Shown here one piece after another: positions 1 to 10,145 of a stretch of 64,000 nt of DNA. Position 1 is the first letter of the stretch, and the number at the start of each line of letters is the position of its first letter. A model generated the notes under the pieces. That model was not told the DNA's origin. It saw only the letters and a program-made list of their open reading frames with translations, and made no database searches. The translations under genes were made by a program, and so were the position numbers. This stretch comes from an uncultured Acidobacteriota bacterium. Its GTDB lineage: Bacteria; Acidobacteriota; UBA6911; RPQK01; JAPXNP01. The DNA lies in NCBI GenBank assembly GCA_964524795.1, contig CAZGEH010000016.1:6889-70888 (forward strand), read 5' to 3'.

Positions 1-146
1 TTCGGGTTCACCGGCTCCCAGCTCTGGCTCTTCCAGGTTCGTCCGTTTGTGACCGAAACTCCCGGCGGCAGGGGACGGATCCCCAGCTACCTCGACCAGG
101 ACTGGGAGCGGCAGGCAGATATCCCCGTGGACTTGGCCCAGGCGCT

Positions 147-1427
147 ATGACGACTGCGAGGTGTGCCCTGGTTCTCCTGCTCTGCCTGTTCGGTGGGTCG
201 GCGAGAGCACCCGCTTATCCCCTGGACGGCTTCGAAGCCACCGGCATCCGGCGGTTGCGGGCTTTCCAGAAGATTCTGGCTGGCCAGTGGCCCGGCAGCC
301 TCCGGCTGCCGCCGGGAGCATTGCTGGGAAGCGCCGACATCCGGCTCCACCTGGCCGGCCGCCCGGACTTCGACGTGGACGCGGACACGGCCCGGGACCC
401 AGAGCTGCAGTCGGGTCTGGAGGCCATCTTTGCGACGCGCGATCCTTCCTACCGGGTGGCCGTCCTGGACATCACCCATCCGGAAAATCCCCGGTTTGCC
501 GCCCTACGCGCGGAGGTGGGCTACGTCCCCGGCAGCGTCGGCAAGCTCCTGGTGATGACGGGGCTGTTCCACCAGCTCGGGGTGCGGTACCCCGACCATC
601 CCGAACGACGGGGCGAGTTCCTGAAACAGACCGTGGTGACCGCCGACGCCTTCACCGGTAGCGATCACCACCGCGTGCCGATCGTGGATGAGCCTGGACG
701 GCGGGTGCTGTACCGCCCGGTGCAGCCCGGTGACCGCATGAACCTGTGGGAGTGGGTGGATCACATGGTTTCCCCCAGCTCCAACTCGGCTGCCTCCCTG
801 GTGTGGAAAGAGGCGCTGCTGATGAACCGCTTCGGCGACGACTATCCACCTTCTGAGACGGCCGCCCGGGATTTTCTGCGGACCTCATCCGCCGGGGAAC
901 GCACAGAACGGGCGGTTCAGGTAGTCCGTGACCCGCTGGTCGCGGCCGGCCTGCGTTTCGAATATCTGCGGGTCCAGACTTTCTTCACCCGGGCGGCTTC
1001 CCGGATCATTCCCGGCCGGTCCAGCTATGCCACCCCCCTCGAACTGCTGCGCTGGCTCGTCCGGATCGAGCAGGGTCGAATGGTGGATGCGTGGAGCAGT
1101 CTGGAAATGAAGCGGCTGCTGTATTTCACCCGTCCCCGCTACCGCTACGCATCTTCGCCGGCGCTGGCCGAGGCGGCGGTGTATTTCAAGTCCGGCAGCC
1201 TTTTCGAATGCGAACCGGAGGAAGGTTTCCGGTGCGAACCCTACCGGGGGAACCGCCTGAACCTGATGCACTCGGTGGTGATCGTGGAATCGCCTGCCCG
1301 GGGTGAGAACCAGATCGTTTACCTGGTGGCCATGATGTCCAACGTCCTCAGGGTGAACTCCGCCGTCGAGCACCAGCAGATCGCCGGCGAGATCGAGCGC
1401 CTGGTCCGCCGGCGGGCCCGGCACTGA
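147..1427 (+). CDS. Secreted serine hydrolase, class A beta-lactamase-like fold
   Basis: Signal peptide MTTARCALVLLLCLFGGSARA; motifs SxxK (GSVGK), SxN (SPSSN) and KSG (YFKSGS) in the expected order. Confidence 0.7.
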   Translation: MTTARCALVLLLCLFGGSARAPAYPLDGFEATGIRRLRAFQKILAGQWPGSLRLPPGALLGSADIRLHLAGRPDFDVDADTARDPELQSGLEAIFATRDPSYRVAVLDITHPENPRFAALRAEVGYVPGSVGKLLVMTGLFHQLGVRYPDHPERRGEFLKQTVVTADAFTGSDHHRVPIVDEPGRRVLYRPVQPGDRMNLWEWVDHMVSPSSNSAASLVWKEALLMNRFGDDYPPSETAARDFLRTSSAGERTERAVQVVRDPLVAAGLRFEYLRVQTFFTRAASRIIPGRSSYATPLELLRWLVRIEQGRMVDAWSSLEMKRLLYFTRPRYRYASSPALAEAAVYFKSGSLFECEPEEGFRCEPYRGNRLNLMHSVVIVESPARGENQIVYLVAMMSNVLRVNSAVEHQQIAGEIERLVRRRARH

Positions 1428-1651
1428 TTTTGCGGCGCTTCGGAAGGCCGCGGCCCGGCACGCCACCAGCGGTCGTCCCGCCCGCACACGTACTCGGGGA
1501 CCATCGCTTCGAATCCGTCTTGCAAGTGGTCGTAGCAGATCTCGTAGTGCTCAGCGGAAGGCAACGTGAACCGGTCGAGCCATCATTGATCGCCAAAAGT
1601 GGTGGTAGTGACGAAGACTTTCCGATTGGACCACCAGTGCAGAGCCTACCG

Positions 1652-2620
1652 CTACTCCTTCTCGAACCCGTGGGTCTTGAACTTCAGGGTTCGGCAGTTC
1701 TCCGTGACGATCCTCACGATCGGCTCGGGCACGCCGTCGGGCACATCTGCCCGAATCTCCAACGTCACTTCCAGGTTGGCGCCCACGAGCCCGGCCAGAT
1801 GCTGAACCACTTCTTCCGCGACACGACCCGCGTCTCGGCCTATGCGGGTGGGGTCTAACGGCACGGTGGCGTGGAAACGACGAAGAGGAGCGGAGGCCGG
1901 AGGGATGGATAGCCCTCCACCCGGTTCTTGGATCTCTATTGTGGCGTCGGGTTCACCAGGGGGGTACGGTTGAGTTTCCACCTGACGTTCCCTTTCCGCT
2001 TTCATTTGGGCGAGGGCGGTCTCTGGCTTCACAAGGAGGCTGCGCTCGTCCAGCGTGACACGGACGCCGGGCCCGGTCTGGAGCCCGACGTATTTTCTCT
2101 TCTGTTCGTCCCAGTGGTCGGCGAAGGCGAAGGTTTCTGACTGCCACGTCAGGCGGGACAGGCCGTCCCGGATGGCGTCCACCAGCACAGAGTCGTCGGA
2201 CAACCGGGGGAGGTAGAGATAGGTGGCGAAATCCTCGGCCAGCTGTTTGGTGCCCACATGGCCACCGCGCCAGAGCGGAACGCGGTCGAGTTCGTGCCTC
2301 AAACGCGGGCCGCCAAGCTGGATCAGCAACAGCTCCTCGTTCTTGAGCTTTTTCGAGGCGCGAACCGCGAGCGCCTCCTGGCCCTGCTGCCGGATCTCCT
2401 GCCATTCGACCGGCCCTTTCGGATCGGGCTGGGTGGGAACCAGTAGCCACTGGTAGGCTTCGGGGATGCGGGCCTCGACGGTCTCGTCGGCGGTCCTGCA
2501 CTTGGTTTCGGCCTGCCGAGACTGGAAGGCATCGAGGTTCAGGGACTCGCGCTGTTCCCAAATGGATTTCCACGCCAGGTACTGTCGCGTCGCCTGCTCC
2601 AGGTCCTTCAGCCGGCCCCC
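1652..2620 (-). pseudogene. C-terminal fragment of a DUF499-family AAA+ ATPase
   Basis: LKDLEQATRQYLAW...AYQWLLVP...FATYLYLPRL...RTLKFKTHGFEKE resembles DUF499 C-termini; no Walker motifs and no proper start, so the N-terminal part is missing. Confidence 0.75.
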
Positions 2621-3605
2621 GCGAGGAGGCACGTGAAATTCGAACCCTTGCCAACCTTTGTCCCACTTGAAATGGCCGGACGGTTTTCAGGCGTACCAGT
2701 CCTGACCTCGAAGCGATAGGTTCCCTTGGATTTCTCTATGATTGGCTGCAGCCATGCGAGATTCCCCTTCTTGCTCGAAAGCCAGAAGTTGCTCATGAGC
2801 GGCACATGCGCTCCCTTGGCCGCCGGGTTGGGACTGGCCACTGTCCGTGCCCAGAGCCAGGCGATGACGTTGGCCTCGCGGATGGTGCGCTTGCCGGAAC
2901 GGATTTCCTCTTCCGTCGCGTGCCGCCAGAAGCCGTCCCTCTCCTGAACGATGCGGACCTTGGGGTAGAGGTCGCCGATCTTCGCGATGGCCCGCTCGCG
3001 GATGAGGCGCCTGTAGTAGCGCACATCGGCCGCAAGGCCGCTCGCCCCGCCGCAGCCCGCCGCCGTCCGCCTTCTTCCTTCTGTCTCCTGACTTCTGTCT
3101 TCCGGATTCACTGGCAGCTGGTCCGCCCAGCGCGGGATGAGTTCCAGGTTGCACTTGTTGAACAGCACCGCCACGGGGTTGAGGTCGGCCGCATGCGCCT
3201 CGAACCCGAGGCGGGCCGCCTCGAGGGGAATCGAGCCGCCGCCGGCAAAGGGATCGAGCACCGGCGGGAGCTTTCCCCACAGTGCTTGAGCATCTCGGCC
3301 TTCGCCTCGGCGTACACCTCGGGATGCTCGTGCATCTTCTTTTGCATCAAGCGGCGCAGGATACCGAAGAGGCGCTCCCGTTCGGCCTTCTGCATCTCCT
3401 CGGTGGGAAAGCGCTCCGGATGGGAAGATGGGTCGTCCACCACGGAGGCGAAGAGGACCGCCCGGGCGGTCGGCAGCGGCAGGCGCGCCCACCAGTGGTG
3501 GATGCCCTTGGGATGCGGCCCGATGCCGGGCATCTTGTCGTAGGCCGAGGCGTCGTTGATCTCCGAGAGCGGCAGGGCCACTTCGATGAGCTTCTTGGGC
3601 GTCAT
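2608..3605 (-). pseudogene. DUF1156-family adenine DNA methylase, frameshifted and 3'-truncated
   Basis: MTPKKLIEVALPL...IHHWWARLPL start (ATG 3605 overlaps the ParA stop); SAM-binding motif LDPFAGGGSIPLEA lies in another frame after the C-run at 3275-3278; ends shortly after NFTCLL with no catalytic amino-MTase motif. Confidence 0.8.
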
Positions 3606-4591
3606 GGGGTACTCACTTCGCAATGATCCGCAATGCGCATCGCGAGTGCCCGAAAATCCTCGTAGCACGCTCCCACCGCTGCCGTGTGGCCTCCAATCGC
3701 TCCATCTGCAGGCTTGAGAAAAAACATGGGCTTGCGGGCCTCCATCGCCAGGGGCATGAGGCTGCGATAATGCTTGAGCGTGGCCAAGCAGTGCGGATCA
3801 TTGTCTATGGTCACGTTTTTCGATTTCGCCTCATTGAGCACAGAGCTGCGATATTCCTCAGGGATCCGCGCCATCCACCGCGCATATGCTTTCACCGGTC
3901 GGTCGAGGCGAACCGCGTGCTGCAGTACGACGTACCCCGCGGGCCGCATTTGTCCGGTCGGGAGCTGAAGGTCCAGATCAGGCGGCTTCCTTTTCCCGCG
4001 GTCGGCCCACTCCTTGCGCCAGCGGCGCAGCGCGGGCCCCAGATTGCGCAGGCCTTGGAGCGAGTAGAGGTCTGGTGCCAGCGGTATGACCACGCGGTCC
4101 GATGCGACCAGTGCCGCCCGGTTGAGGGCGCCGAGATTGGGTCCCACGTCGATGAGGACCAGTTCGGACTCTCGGGCGGTCGCTGCCCGATGGAGGATCC
4201 GCCAGAGGGACGAGATCACGCGGAAGGCCCGCGGTTTACGATCGAGACAATCGGGCCACTGGCTCGAGAGTTCGTCTTCGGCTGCGGACAGACGAAGATC
4301 TCCGACCAGCAGCCCTGGCCCGCCGTTCAGATCCTCTACGTGCGGCTCGCCAATGTCGCCGGTCCCATCGAGGAGAGGACGCAAGGCATCGTAAACCGTG
4401 CCATCGGCACCCTTTTCCCACAGTTCTTCCAGGCGATCGTCGTCGAGGAACATGCTCGTCAAGTTCGCCTGGGGGTCGAGGTCCGCAGCGACGACGTTCA
4501 ATCCCAGATCCGAGTACATCCACGCGAGGTGATAGACCAGAGAGGTCTTCCCCACGCCCCCTTTGTTGTTGAAGAAAACGATTGTTTTCAT
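3602..4591 (-). CDS. ParA/AAA_31-family ATPase
   Basis: Deviant Walker A FNNKGGVGKTS, ADLDPQANLT, LIDVGPNLG. Confidence 0.85.
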   Translation of the reverse strand: MKTIVFFNNKGGVGKTSLVYHLAWMYSDLGLNVVAADLDPQANLTSMFLDDDRLEELWEKGADGTVYDALRPLLDGTGDIGEPHVEDLNGGPGLLVGDLRLSAAEDELSSQWPDCLDRKPRAFRVISSLWRILHRAATARESELVLIDVGPNLGALNRAALVASDRVVIPLAPDLYSLQGLRNLGPALRRWRKEWADRGKRKPPDLDLQLPTGQMRPAGYVVLQHAVRLDRPVKAYARWMARIPEEYRSSVLNEAKSKNVTIDNDPHCLATLKHYRSLMPLAMEARKPMFFLKPADGAIGGHTAAVGACYEDFRALAMRIADHCEVSTP

Positions 4592-5775
4592 GGGGCGCGC
4601 CTCACCGTAACACCCACATGAGTCGGCTGAAAGCTGAACTCAGGCGGCGGATTGCCGTTCTTCTCCAATGCTTCGTTCGCCAACGGTATGCCCAGACCGA
4701 AACGTTGCGCGAAGCCGAGGTAGAACATAATTTCAGCCACGAGCGGGTTCCGATAGTCTGTCGCTCCCCTCCCAAAGTTATGTGGGTTGACCTTGCCGTA
4801 CAGCCCACCGGGGTTTTGGATCTCCACGCGGTCGCTGTACCAGTAAACCCGCACAGGCGCGTTGGTTCCCTCATAGCTGCGGTGCATGATCGCGTTGCGG
4901 GTGAGTTGCTGCAAAGCCACGACCGGATAGTCGGGTTGCTGGATCTCTCGCGGCGAGGAGGTGACATCCGTCCGCACGCTCACGTTGAGCTTCACGAGTT
5001 CATCCAACTGCATCAGAATATCTTCGAGACGACCTGTCAGGGTTTTCTGATCTCGGATGGGATCGGTAAGGGCGCTGCCATCGAGGCGCAAAAACTGGAC
5101 ATAAGCCCCAGGTAGCCAGCGTTGGGGGTCATCCCCAAAAGCCAGGAGGGCTCCCCAGGCAGGTCGATTCCCACTGACGAGGCGCAAGGCGCGGAGTTGC
5201 TGATCCACTGGTCTCTGGTTCTGCTTGAGCACGTCTGGAGCCACTGCACGGGGCAGATACTGAGTCCGGAAGTAGTCGAGATCGAGGTCGGCCAGAGTAG
5301 CGTCCGGCGCGGGTCGCATGTCGAAAGGGAGGTCCCCGGCCCGCCGCCGTTCGGAGAGCCGCTGCTCCTCCTCCGGAGTGGCCGATCGAACGGTTGGCCC
5401 CACCTTGACCCAAACGCGGCCTTGATAGCGCACAGGGGGTGTCGTGGAAGGCTCCACGGTGATGACCACCACATCGCAATCTTCCAGTTTGCGACCTTCG
5501 ACATTCATGGAAGGCAGGGGAAGGATGTTGCCATCGTCGCGCATGTGGACCAATGTTCGCAGCAGCTCGTCGTTGATGGACAGGGAAGCGCATGAGCCGT
5601 CGTCACGAACGCCGATCAGGATGACGCCTGCCTTGCCGTAACCGGGGAGGTCGTTGGCGAAAGCGCAGATGTTCTTGCGGATCGCGCTCCGGTCTGCAGC
5701 CGAGGCCTTGCGCTCAACGAGGCCGGACTCAAGATCGAAGCGCATTTGGTTTAATTCATCATCCGTAAAAGGCAT
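4588..5775 (-). CDS. Schlafen/AlbA_2 domain plus HATPase_c_4 (RecG C-terminal-like) protein
   Basis: ESGLVERK...ICAFAND...GVILIGVRDDG (AlbA_2); NAIMHRSYE...IQNPGGLY...YRNP...QRFGLGI (HATPase_c_4). Confidence 0.8.
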   Translation of the reverse strand: MPFTDDELNQMRFDLESGLVERKASAADRSAIRKNICAFANDLPGYGKAGVILIGVRDDGSCASLSINDELLRTLVHMRDDGNILPLPSMNVEGRKLEDCDVVVITVEPSTTPPVRYQGRVWVKVGPTVRSATPEEEQRLSERRRAGDLPFDMRPAPDATLADLDLDYFRTQYLPRAVAPDVLKQNQRPVDQQLRALRLVSGNRPAWGALLAFGDDPQRWLPGAYVQFLRLDGSALTDPIRDQKTLTGRLEDILMQLDELVKLNVSVRTDVTSSPREIQQPDYPVVALQQLTRNAIMHRSYEGTNAPVRVYWYSDRVEIQNPGGLYGKVNPHNFGRGATDYRNPLVAEIMFYLGFAQRFGLGIPLANEALEKNGNPPPEFSFQPTHVGVTVRRAP

Positions 5776-5860
5776 TGCTCTTACTCAATTCTTCGTGCAG
5801 TGGAGTGGGCGGTATGAGCCATCCAAGGTACCACAACCCCAATAAGCCTTTTCTTGCCGC

Positions 5861-8800
5861 TCATGCTACCGTCTCCCCTCGTCGAAGGAGTTCCTCCAGC
5901 TTGTAGTTGACGCTGGTCATGCCGAAGTCAGGTTCCTTCTGGAACGGCCGCCGGATGTAGACGGGCTTGCGGGCCGCCTCTCCGTCCACCTCCACGACAG
6001 CCAGGATGAAGTCCTCCGGCTTGTTGAGCGCCGTCAGGATCTCGTTCTTGGTGATGGTGACCGTTGTCGCGCCAGCCACCCGCCCCTTCACTTCGATGAA
6101 GAGGAGCTTACCGTCGCCGGGGATCTTCGACTCCGCGTCGTAGCCCAAGTTCTCGGAGCTGACATCGCGGGGCTCCCGGCCCAGTTTCCGCTCCAGGGCC
6201 ATGACAGCCTCCATCGCCAGCCGCTCGACCCGACGGGTCTCCCGGGCGAAGAGCTCAGGTTCATCGGTCCGCTCGCCCTTGAGTCGCCGGATCAGGTTGA
6301 CGGGAACGACGAGGGCGCCGCCAGTCACCACGGGCGGCAGCGGTGAGAGGCGCCGTTCCTGCTCCAGTTCCTCCATGCGCCGGCGAAGGCGTGCCTCCAG
6401 CTCGTTGGCGCGCTCGCGCGCCCGGCCGGAGTTGATCCGGGCATTGGGCCTACCGGCCAGCTCCTGTTCCTTGAGCTCTTCGGCCCGGCGGTCCCAGTAG
6501 TTGATCTCCTTGGTCAGGCGGTCCTTCACCGCGGCCATCGTGCGGACGACCATCGCCTCCTTGAACCTCTTGACCTCGTCGAAATGGCGCGGGAGGAGAT
6601 GCTCGATGGCATGCGAGAGTGCCTGGCTCTCCAGGTCGCCCTTCAGCCACTTGGCGCCGAGTTCCCCTTCGATCAGCTTGCGTTCTTCTTCGGTGATCGG
6701 CCGATAGTCCAGGTAGGGGGCGTAACCCGCCATGCGGACGCCGCCCGCCTTGTCCATCTCAACGAACTGAATCTGCCGCGAGACGATCCGGCGGTCCCCC
6801 TTACGGTTGGTCCGCGCATCCTGGATCGAGTGCTCCAGGTAGAAGAGGACGCGGAGCTCCTCGCCGCCCTCCTCGCGCGGGTCCACGAGCACGGCCCCGC
6901 GCTTGAGCAGGTCGCGGTAGCGTTCGAGGACCAGGTCAATCGTCGCATCCAGGAGCGGGTGCCCCGGGCAGACGAACGCCGCCAGCGGTTTCCCGGGGAC
7001 ACTGATCAGCTCCTTGTGGAAGGTGATCCGTTCGTACCTGGAGAGAACCGGAGCTCCTGTGCCGATCAGCCGGTCCCGATTCCGAACAACGGCCGGCACG
7101 TGGGTGATCTCGTAACGGCGGGGCTCGCGCTCCCGCACGGTCCCTCCCAGGAGCCGGAAGGCCTCGAGGAAGAAAGAGGCGACGAAATGAGGCTGAAGCC
7201 GCCTGGCTTCGGCGCGTTCCATGTCCTCCTTGATGCGTCGGATGGTCGCCCCGTCCAGAGCCTCGTGGGTCAGGGCGCGCTCTTCGAGGAGTTGCTGGAG
7301 GTGGCCCCGGTCCAAGGCGGTATCCACCACTTGGCGGAGCCGATCACGGACTTCGGGCTTCTCCCCGTAGCGGATCGCCTCGATGAGAAGGTCACGGAGA
7401 GGCTTCTCCTGGAACACCTTCCCGAGGACGTCGAAGACGCGCCCGCCGAGCGCCTTGCGCTGCTCGGCGATTTTCTCCAGCAGGAGCTCGAAGACCTCGC
7501 CTTCGCGCGTCTCGCGGGCGACAAGGTTCCAGAGGTGGCAGACCTCGGTCTGGCCGATGCGGTGGATGCGGCCGAAACGCTGCTCCAGCCGGTTCGGGTT
7601 CCAGGGGAGGTCGTAGTTCACCATCAGGTGGGCCCGCTGGAGGTTGATACCTCCGCCCGCGGCGTCCGTGGCCACAAGAATCTGGGTCTCCCTGTCCTGA
7701 GTGAAAGATTCCTGGGCCTTCCGGCGCTCCTCGCGCCCTAGGCCGCCGTGAATGATCGCCACGGCTTCGGGGCGGCCAAGCAGGGTACGCAGCCGCTCGG
7801 CCAGATAGTTGAGGGTATCCCGGTGTTCGGTGAAGACGACCAGCTTGCGCCGGTGGCCGCCAGGATGGAACATCTCGGGCGTGTTCTGGAGCACCTCAGA
7901 CAGTTTCTCCCACTTCCTGTCGGTGCGGTCCCGGCGGACTTGGAGGGCCAGCTCTTCCAGGCGGCGTAGCGTGGCGATCTCCGCCTCCAGCTCGGCGATA
8001 GTCCGGGCGGCCGACGCCTGGTCAACGACCTTCTCCTCGGTCTCTTCGACCTCGGTGCCGGGGGCATCGTCGAGGTCTTCGATATCTTCCTGCGTGAGCT
8101 TGGGTAACTCGGGGGCCACATCCACCGGAACGTCGGCACCACGCTTGAGAAGCTTCTCCTCCCGGAGCCGTTTCTCCAGGCGCTCGCGCCGGCGCTTGAG
8201 GGACTGGTAAATGGCTTCCGGGGACGAGGCCAGCCGCCGCTGCAGGATGGTCAGAGCAAAGCCGACCGTTCCCCGCCGGCCCTCCTCCAGGCAGTCGGCC
8301 CGATTGAACTCGTCCCGGACGTAGTTGGTAACCTCGGCGTAAAGCCGCGCCTCCAGGTCAGAGAGCGTGTAAGTGACTGTATAGGCCCAGCGCTCCGGGA
8401 AGAGCGGGGTCCAGTTGAAGCGGACCAGCGTCTCTTTCGTGCAACGGCGCATGAGGTCGGCGGTGTTCGTCACGTGGACGCCGTCGCGGAACCGCCCCTC
8501 GAAACGGTCGGCGTCCAGCAGCGCCAGGAAGAGCTGGAAGTCCTCCTCCTTGCCGTTGTGGGGTGTCGCCGTCATCAGCAACAGATGCCGCGTGAGTCGG
8601 CCCAGCACCTTGTCCAGCTTGTAACGCTTCGTTTCCTTGACCTCGCCGCCGAAGAACGACGCGTGGAGCTTGTGCGCTTCGTCCGCTACGACGAGATCCC
8701 ACTCGGACTGTTCCACCTTCGCCAGGACATCCTCATTGCGGCTCATCAGGTCGAGGCGGCTGATGACGAGGTTCTTCTCGAGGTAAGGGTTTCCCGTGCG

Positions 8801-9370
8801 CGAGGCCTCGATGGCCTCCCGGCCGACGATTTCGAACGGCAGGTGGAACTTGGAGTCGAGTTCGTCCTGCCACTGCTCGGCGAGGTTGCCGGGGCAGCAG
8901 ATGAGACAGCGATGCAGATCCCCGCGGACCATCAGCTCCTTGATGAGCAGGCCGGCGATGATGGTCTTTCCGGCGCCCGGGTCGTCGGCCAGGAGGAAAC
9001 GCAGGGGCTGGCGCGGCAGCATCTCCCCATACACGGCGGTGATCTGATGCGGCAGTGGCTCGATAATCGAGGTGTGGACAGCCAGCAGCGGGTCGAACAG
9101 ATGGGCCAGGCTGATGCGACGCGCCTCGGAGGCCAGCCGGAACTGCGCGCCGTCGCCGTCGAAGCTGAACGGCGTGCCCTGCGTGACGATCTCAACGGTG
9201 GGCTCGCGGTCCCTGTATAGAAGCTCGTTGGCCGGACGACCCGACGCGTCCTTGTAGGTCAGCTCCACCACGGTCGAGCCGTGCCACTTGACATCCACGA
9301 CGGTAACCAGGCGGTCAGGCAGGATGCCCTTGACCGTCGCGCCTCGTGTCAGGTCCTCCAGTCGGGCCAT
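5861..9370 (-). CDS. SNF2-family helicase with C-terminal DUF3883-type nuclease-like domain
   Basis: LADDPGAGKT, DEAH, TATPHNGK, YDLPWNPNRLEQRFGRIHRIGQ; C-terminal GYDAES...FIEVKGR. Confidence 0.9.
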   Translation of the reverse strand: MARLEDLTRGATVKGILPDRLVTVVDVKWHGSTVVELTYKDASGRPANELLYRDREPTVEIVTQGTPFSFDGDGAQFRLASEARRISLAHLFDPLLAVHTSIIEPLPHQITAVYGEMLPRQPLRFLLADDPGAGKTIIAGLLIKELMVRGDLHRCLICCPGNLAEQWQDELDSKFHLPFEIVGREAIEASRTGNPYLEKNLVISRLDLMSRNEDVLAKVEQSEWDLVVADEAHKLHASFFGGEVKETKRYKLDKVLGRLTRHLLLMTATPHNGKEEDFQLFLALLDADRFEGRFRDGVHVTNTADLMRRCTKETLVRFNWTPLFPERWAYTVTYTLSDLEARLYAEVTNYVRDEFNRADCLEEGRRGTVGFALTILQRRLASSPEAIYQSLKRRRERLEKRLREEKLLKRGADVPVDVAPELPKLTQEDIEDLDDAPGTEVEETEEKVVDQASAARTIAELEAEIATLRRLEELALQVRRDRTDRKWEKLSEVLQNTPEMFHPGGHRRKLVVFTEHRDTLNYLAERLRTLLGRPEAVAIIHGGLGREERRKAQESFTQDRETQILVATDAAGGGINLQRAHLMVNYDLPWNPNRLEQRFGRIHRIGQTEVCHLWNLVARETREGEVFELLLEKIAEQRKALGGRVFDVLGKVFQEKPLRDLLIEAIRYGEKPEVRDRLRQVVDTALDRGHLQQLLEERALTHEALDGATIRRIKEDMERAEARRLQPHFVASFFLEAFRLLGGTVREREPRRYEITHVPAVVRNRDRLIGTGAPVLSRYERITFHKELISVPGKPLAAFVCPGHPLLDATIDLVLERYRDLLKRGAVLVDPREEGGEELRVLFYLEHSIQDARTNRKGDRRIVSRQIQFVEMDKAGGVRMAGYAPYLDYRPITEEERKLIEGELGAKWLKGDLESQALSHAIEHLLPRHFDEVKRFKEAMVVRTMAAVKDRLTKEINYWDRRAEELKEQELAGRPNARINSGRARERANELEARLRRRMEELEQERRLSPLPPVVTGGALVVPVNLIRRLKGERTDEPELFARETRRVERLAMEAVMALERKLGREPRDVSSENLGYDAESKIPGDGKLLFIEVKGRVAGATTVTITKNEILTALNKPEDFILAVVEVDGEAARKPVYIRRPFQKEPDFGMTSVNYKLEELLRRGETVA

Positions 9371-9576
9371 TGGGCTACGTCTTCCTCCTCTTCATGCACG
9401 ACCTCCGACGGGGTGCTTTGGGACCTGTTCCTGCGGTGGTGTCGGGTCGAATCGTCTCCTCCTTGGGCCTGAATCCCTTCATCTGCCTCCGAGATCTTGA
9501 ACCGGAACTGGCGGCCCGTCCTGTGAGCCGTAAAGCCCTTCGAATCGATCCACCGGTAGATCGACGCGTTGGCCAC
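9349..9576 (-). pseudogene. Remnant of an excisionase-type helix-turn-helix protein
   Basis: VANASIYRWIDSKGFTAHRTGRQFRFKISEADE fits MerR/Xis-like HTH proteins; the first helix is absent upstream in frame. Confidence 0.55.
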
Positions 9577-10145
9577 CGCAGGAGAGCGGCCCTCCCCTTC
9601 ACACCGGCCGAGCCTTCTTCAGGAGCGATTCCAGCAGTCGCCTCGTCGGGATGACGAGCGGGCACTCGCATATCCATGCAACTTCATGAAAGTATATGAG
9701 AATCACCCGGCCTTTTCCTGGAACCGTTCAGTCCAGTCCTGCCGGTATGAACCTGTGACTCCACCAAACCCTTCCAGATGCCCCGTCACCGCAGAGACGC
9801 AGAGAGCGCAAAGGAGAATGGCAATGAAAAGAGATGCGGAAATAGCATCGGCTCCGCAAACGAGGTCCACAAGAGCATCGGACCGGGGCGTCGCGAAGAA
9901 GTCCCCAGCGTGCCCGGAGGCCTGAACTACAAGGAATCCTCCGCGTCCTCTGTGGTGAATCATCACCTCGGCACCGGTGTTCGTGATTCGCGCCGGGTCC
10001 TGGTGCACGGGCGGCACGCGACAGGACAGTCCACGTGGCTCCGAGCTGTATGGCTCCGATCCGTCAACGGTTTGCCTCCCCATAAAGCCCGCCGTGAATC
10101 CGCCGAATCTTACTTCCGAAAGCCCAAAAAGGGGCTGCGAGCGCC

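Noticed and set aside
1430-1650. Minus-strand protein-like stretch with in-frame TGA at 1583-1585 (FGDQ*WLDRFTLPSAEHYEICY)
   Set aside because: No start (in-frame TAG just upstream), no recognisable family and no clear SECIS-like hairpin. More likely a gene remnant at the island edge than a selenoprotein.
3602-4591. Plasmid or chromosome partition system
   Set aside because: No parB, parS repeats or rep gene nearby.
9703-10083. 126-aa minus-strand ORF and overlapping small ORFs
   Set aside because: No recognisable motifs; overlaps purine-rich repeat-like sequence (GCAGAGACGCAGAGAG). Treated as intergenic.
1430-10100. Intact mobile element with att sites
   Set aside because: No integrase, transposase, tRNA target or flanking direct repeats could be identified by eye.
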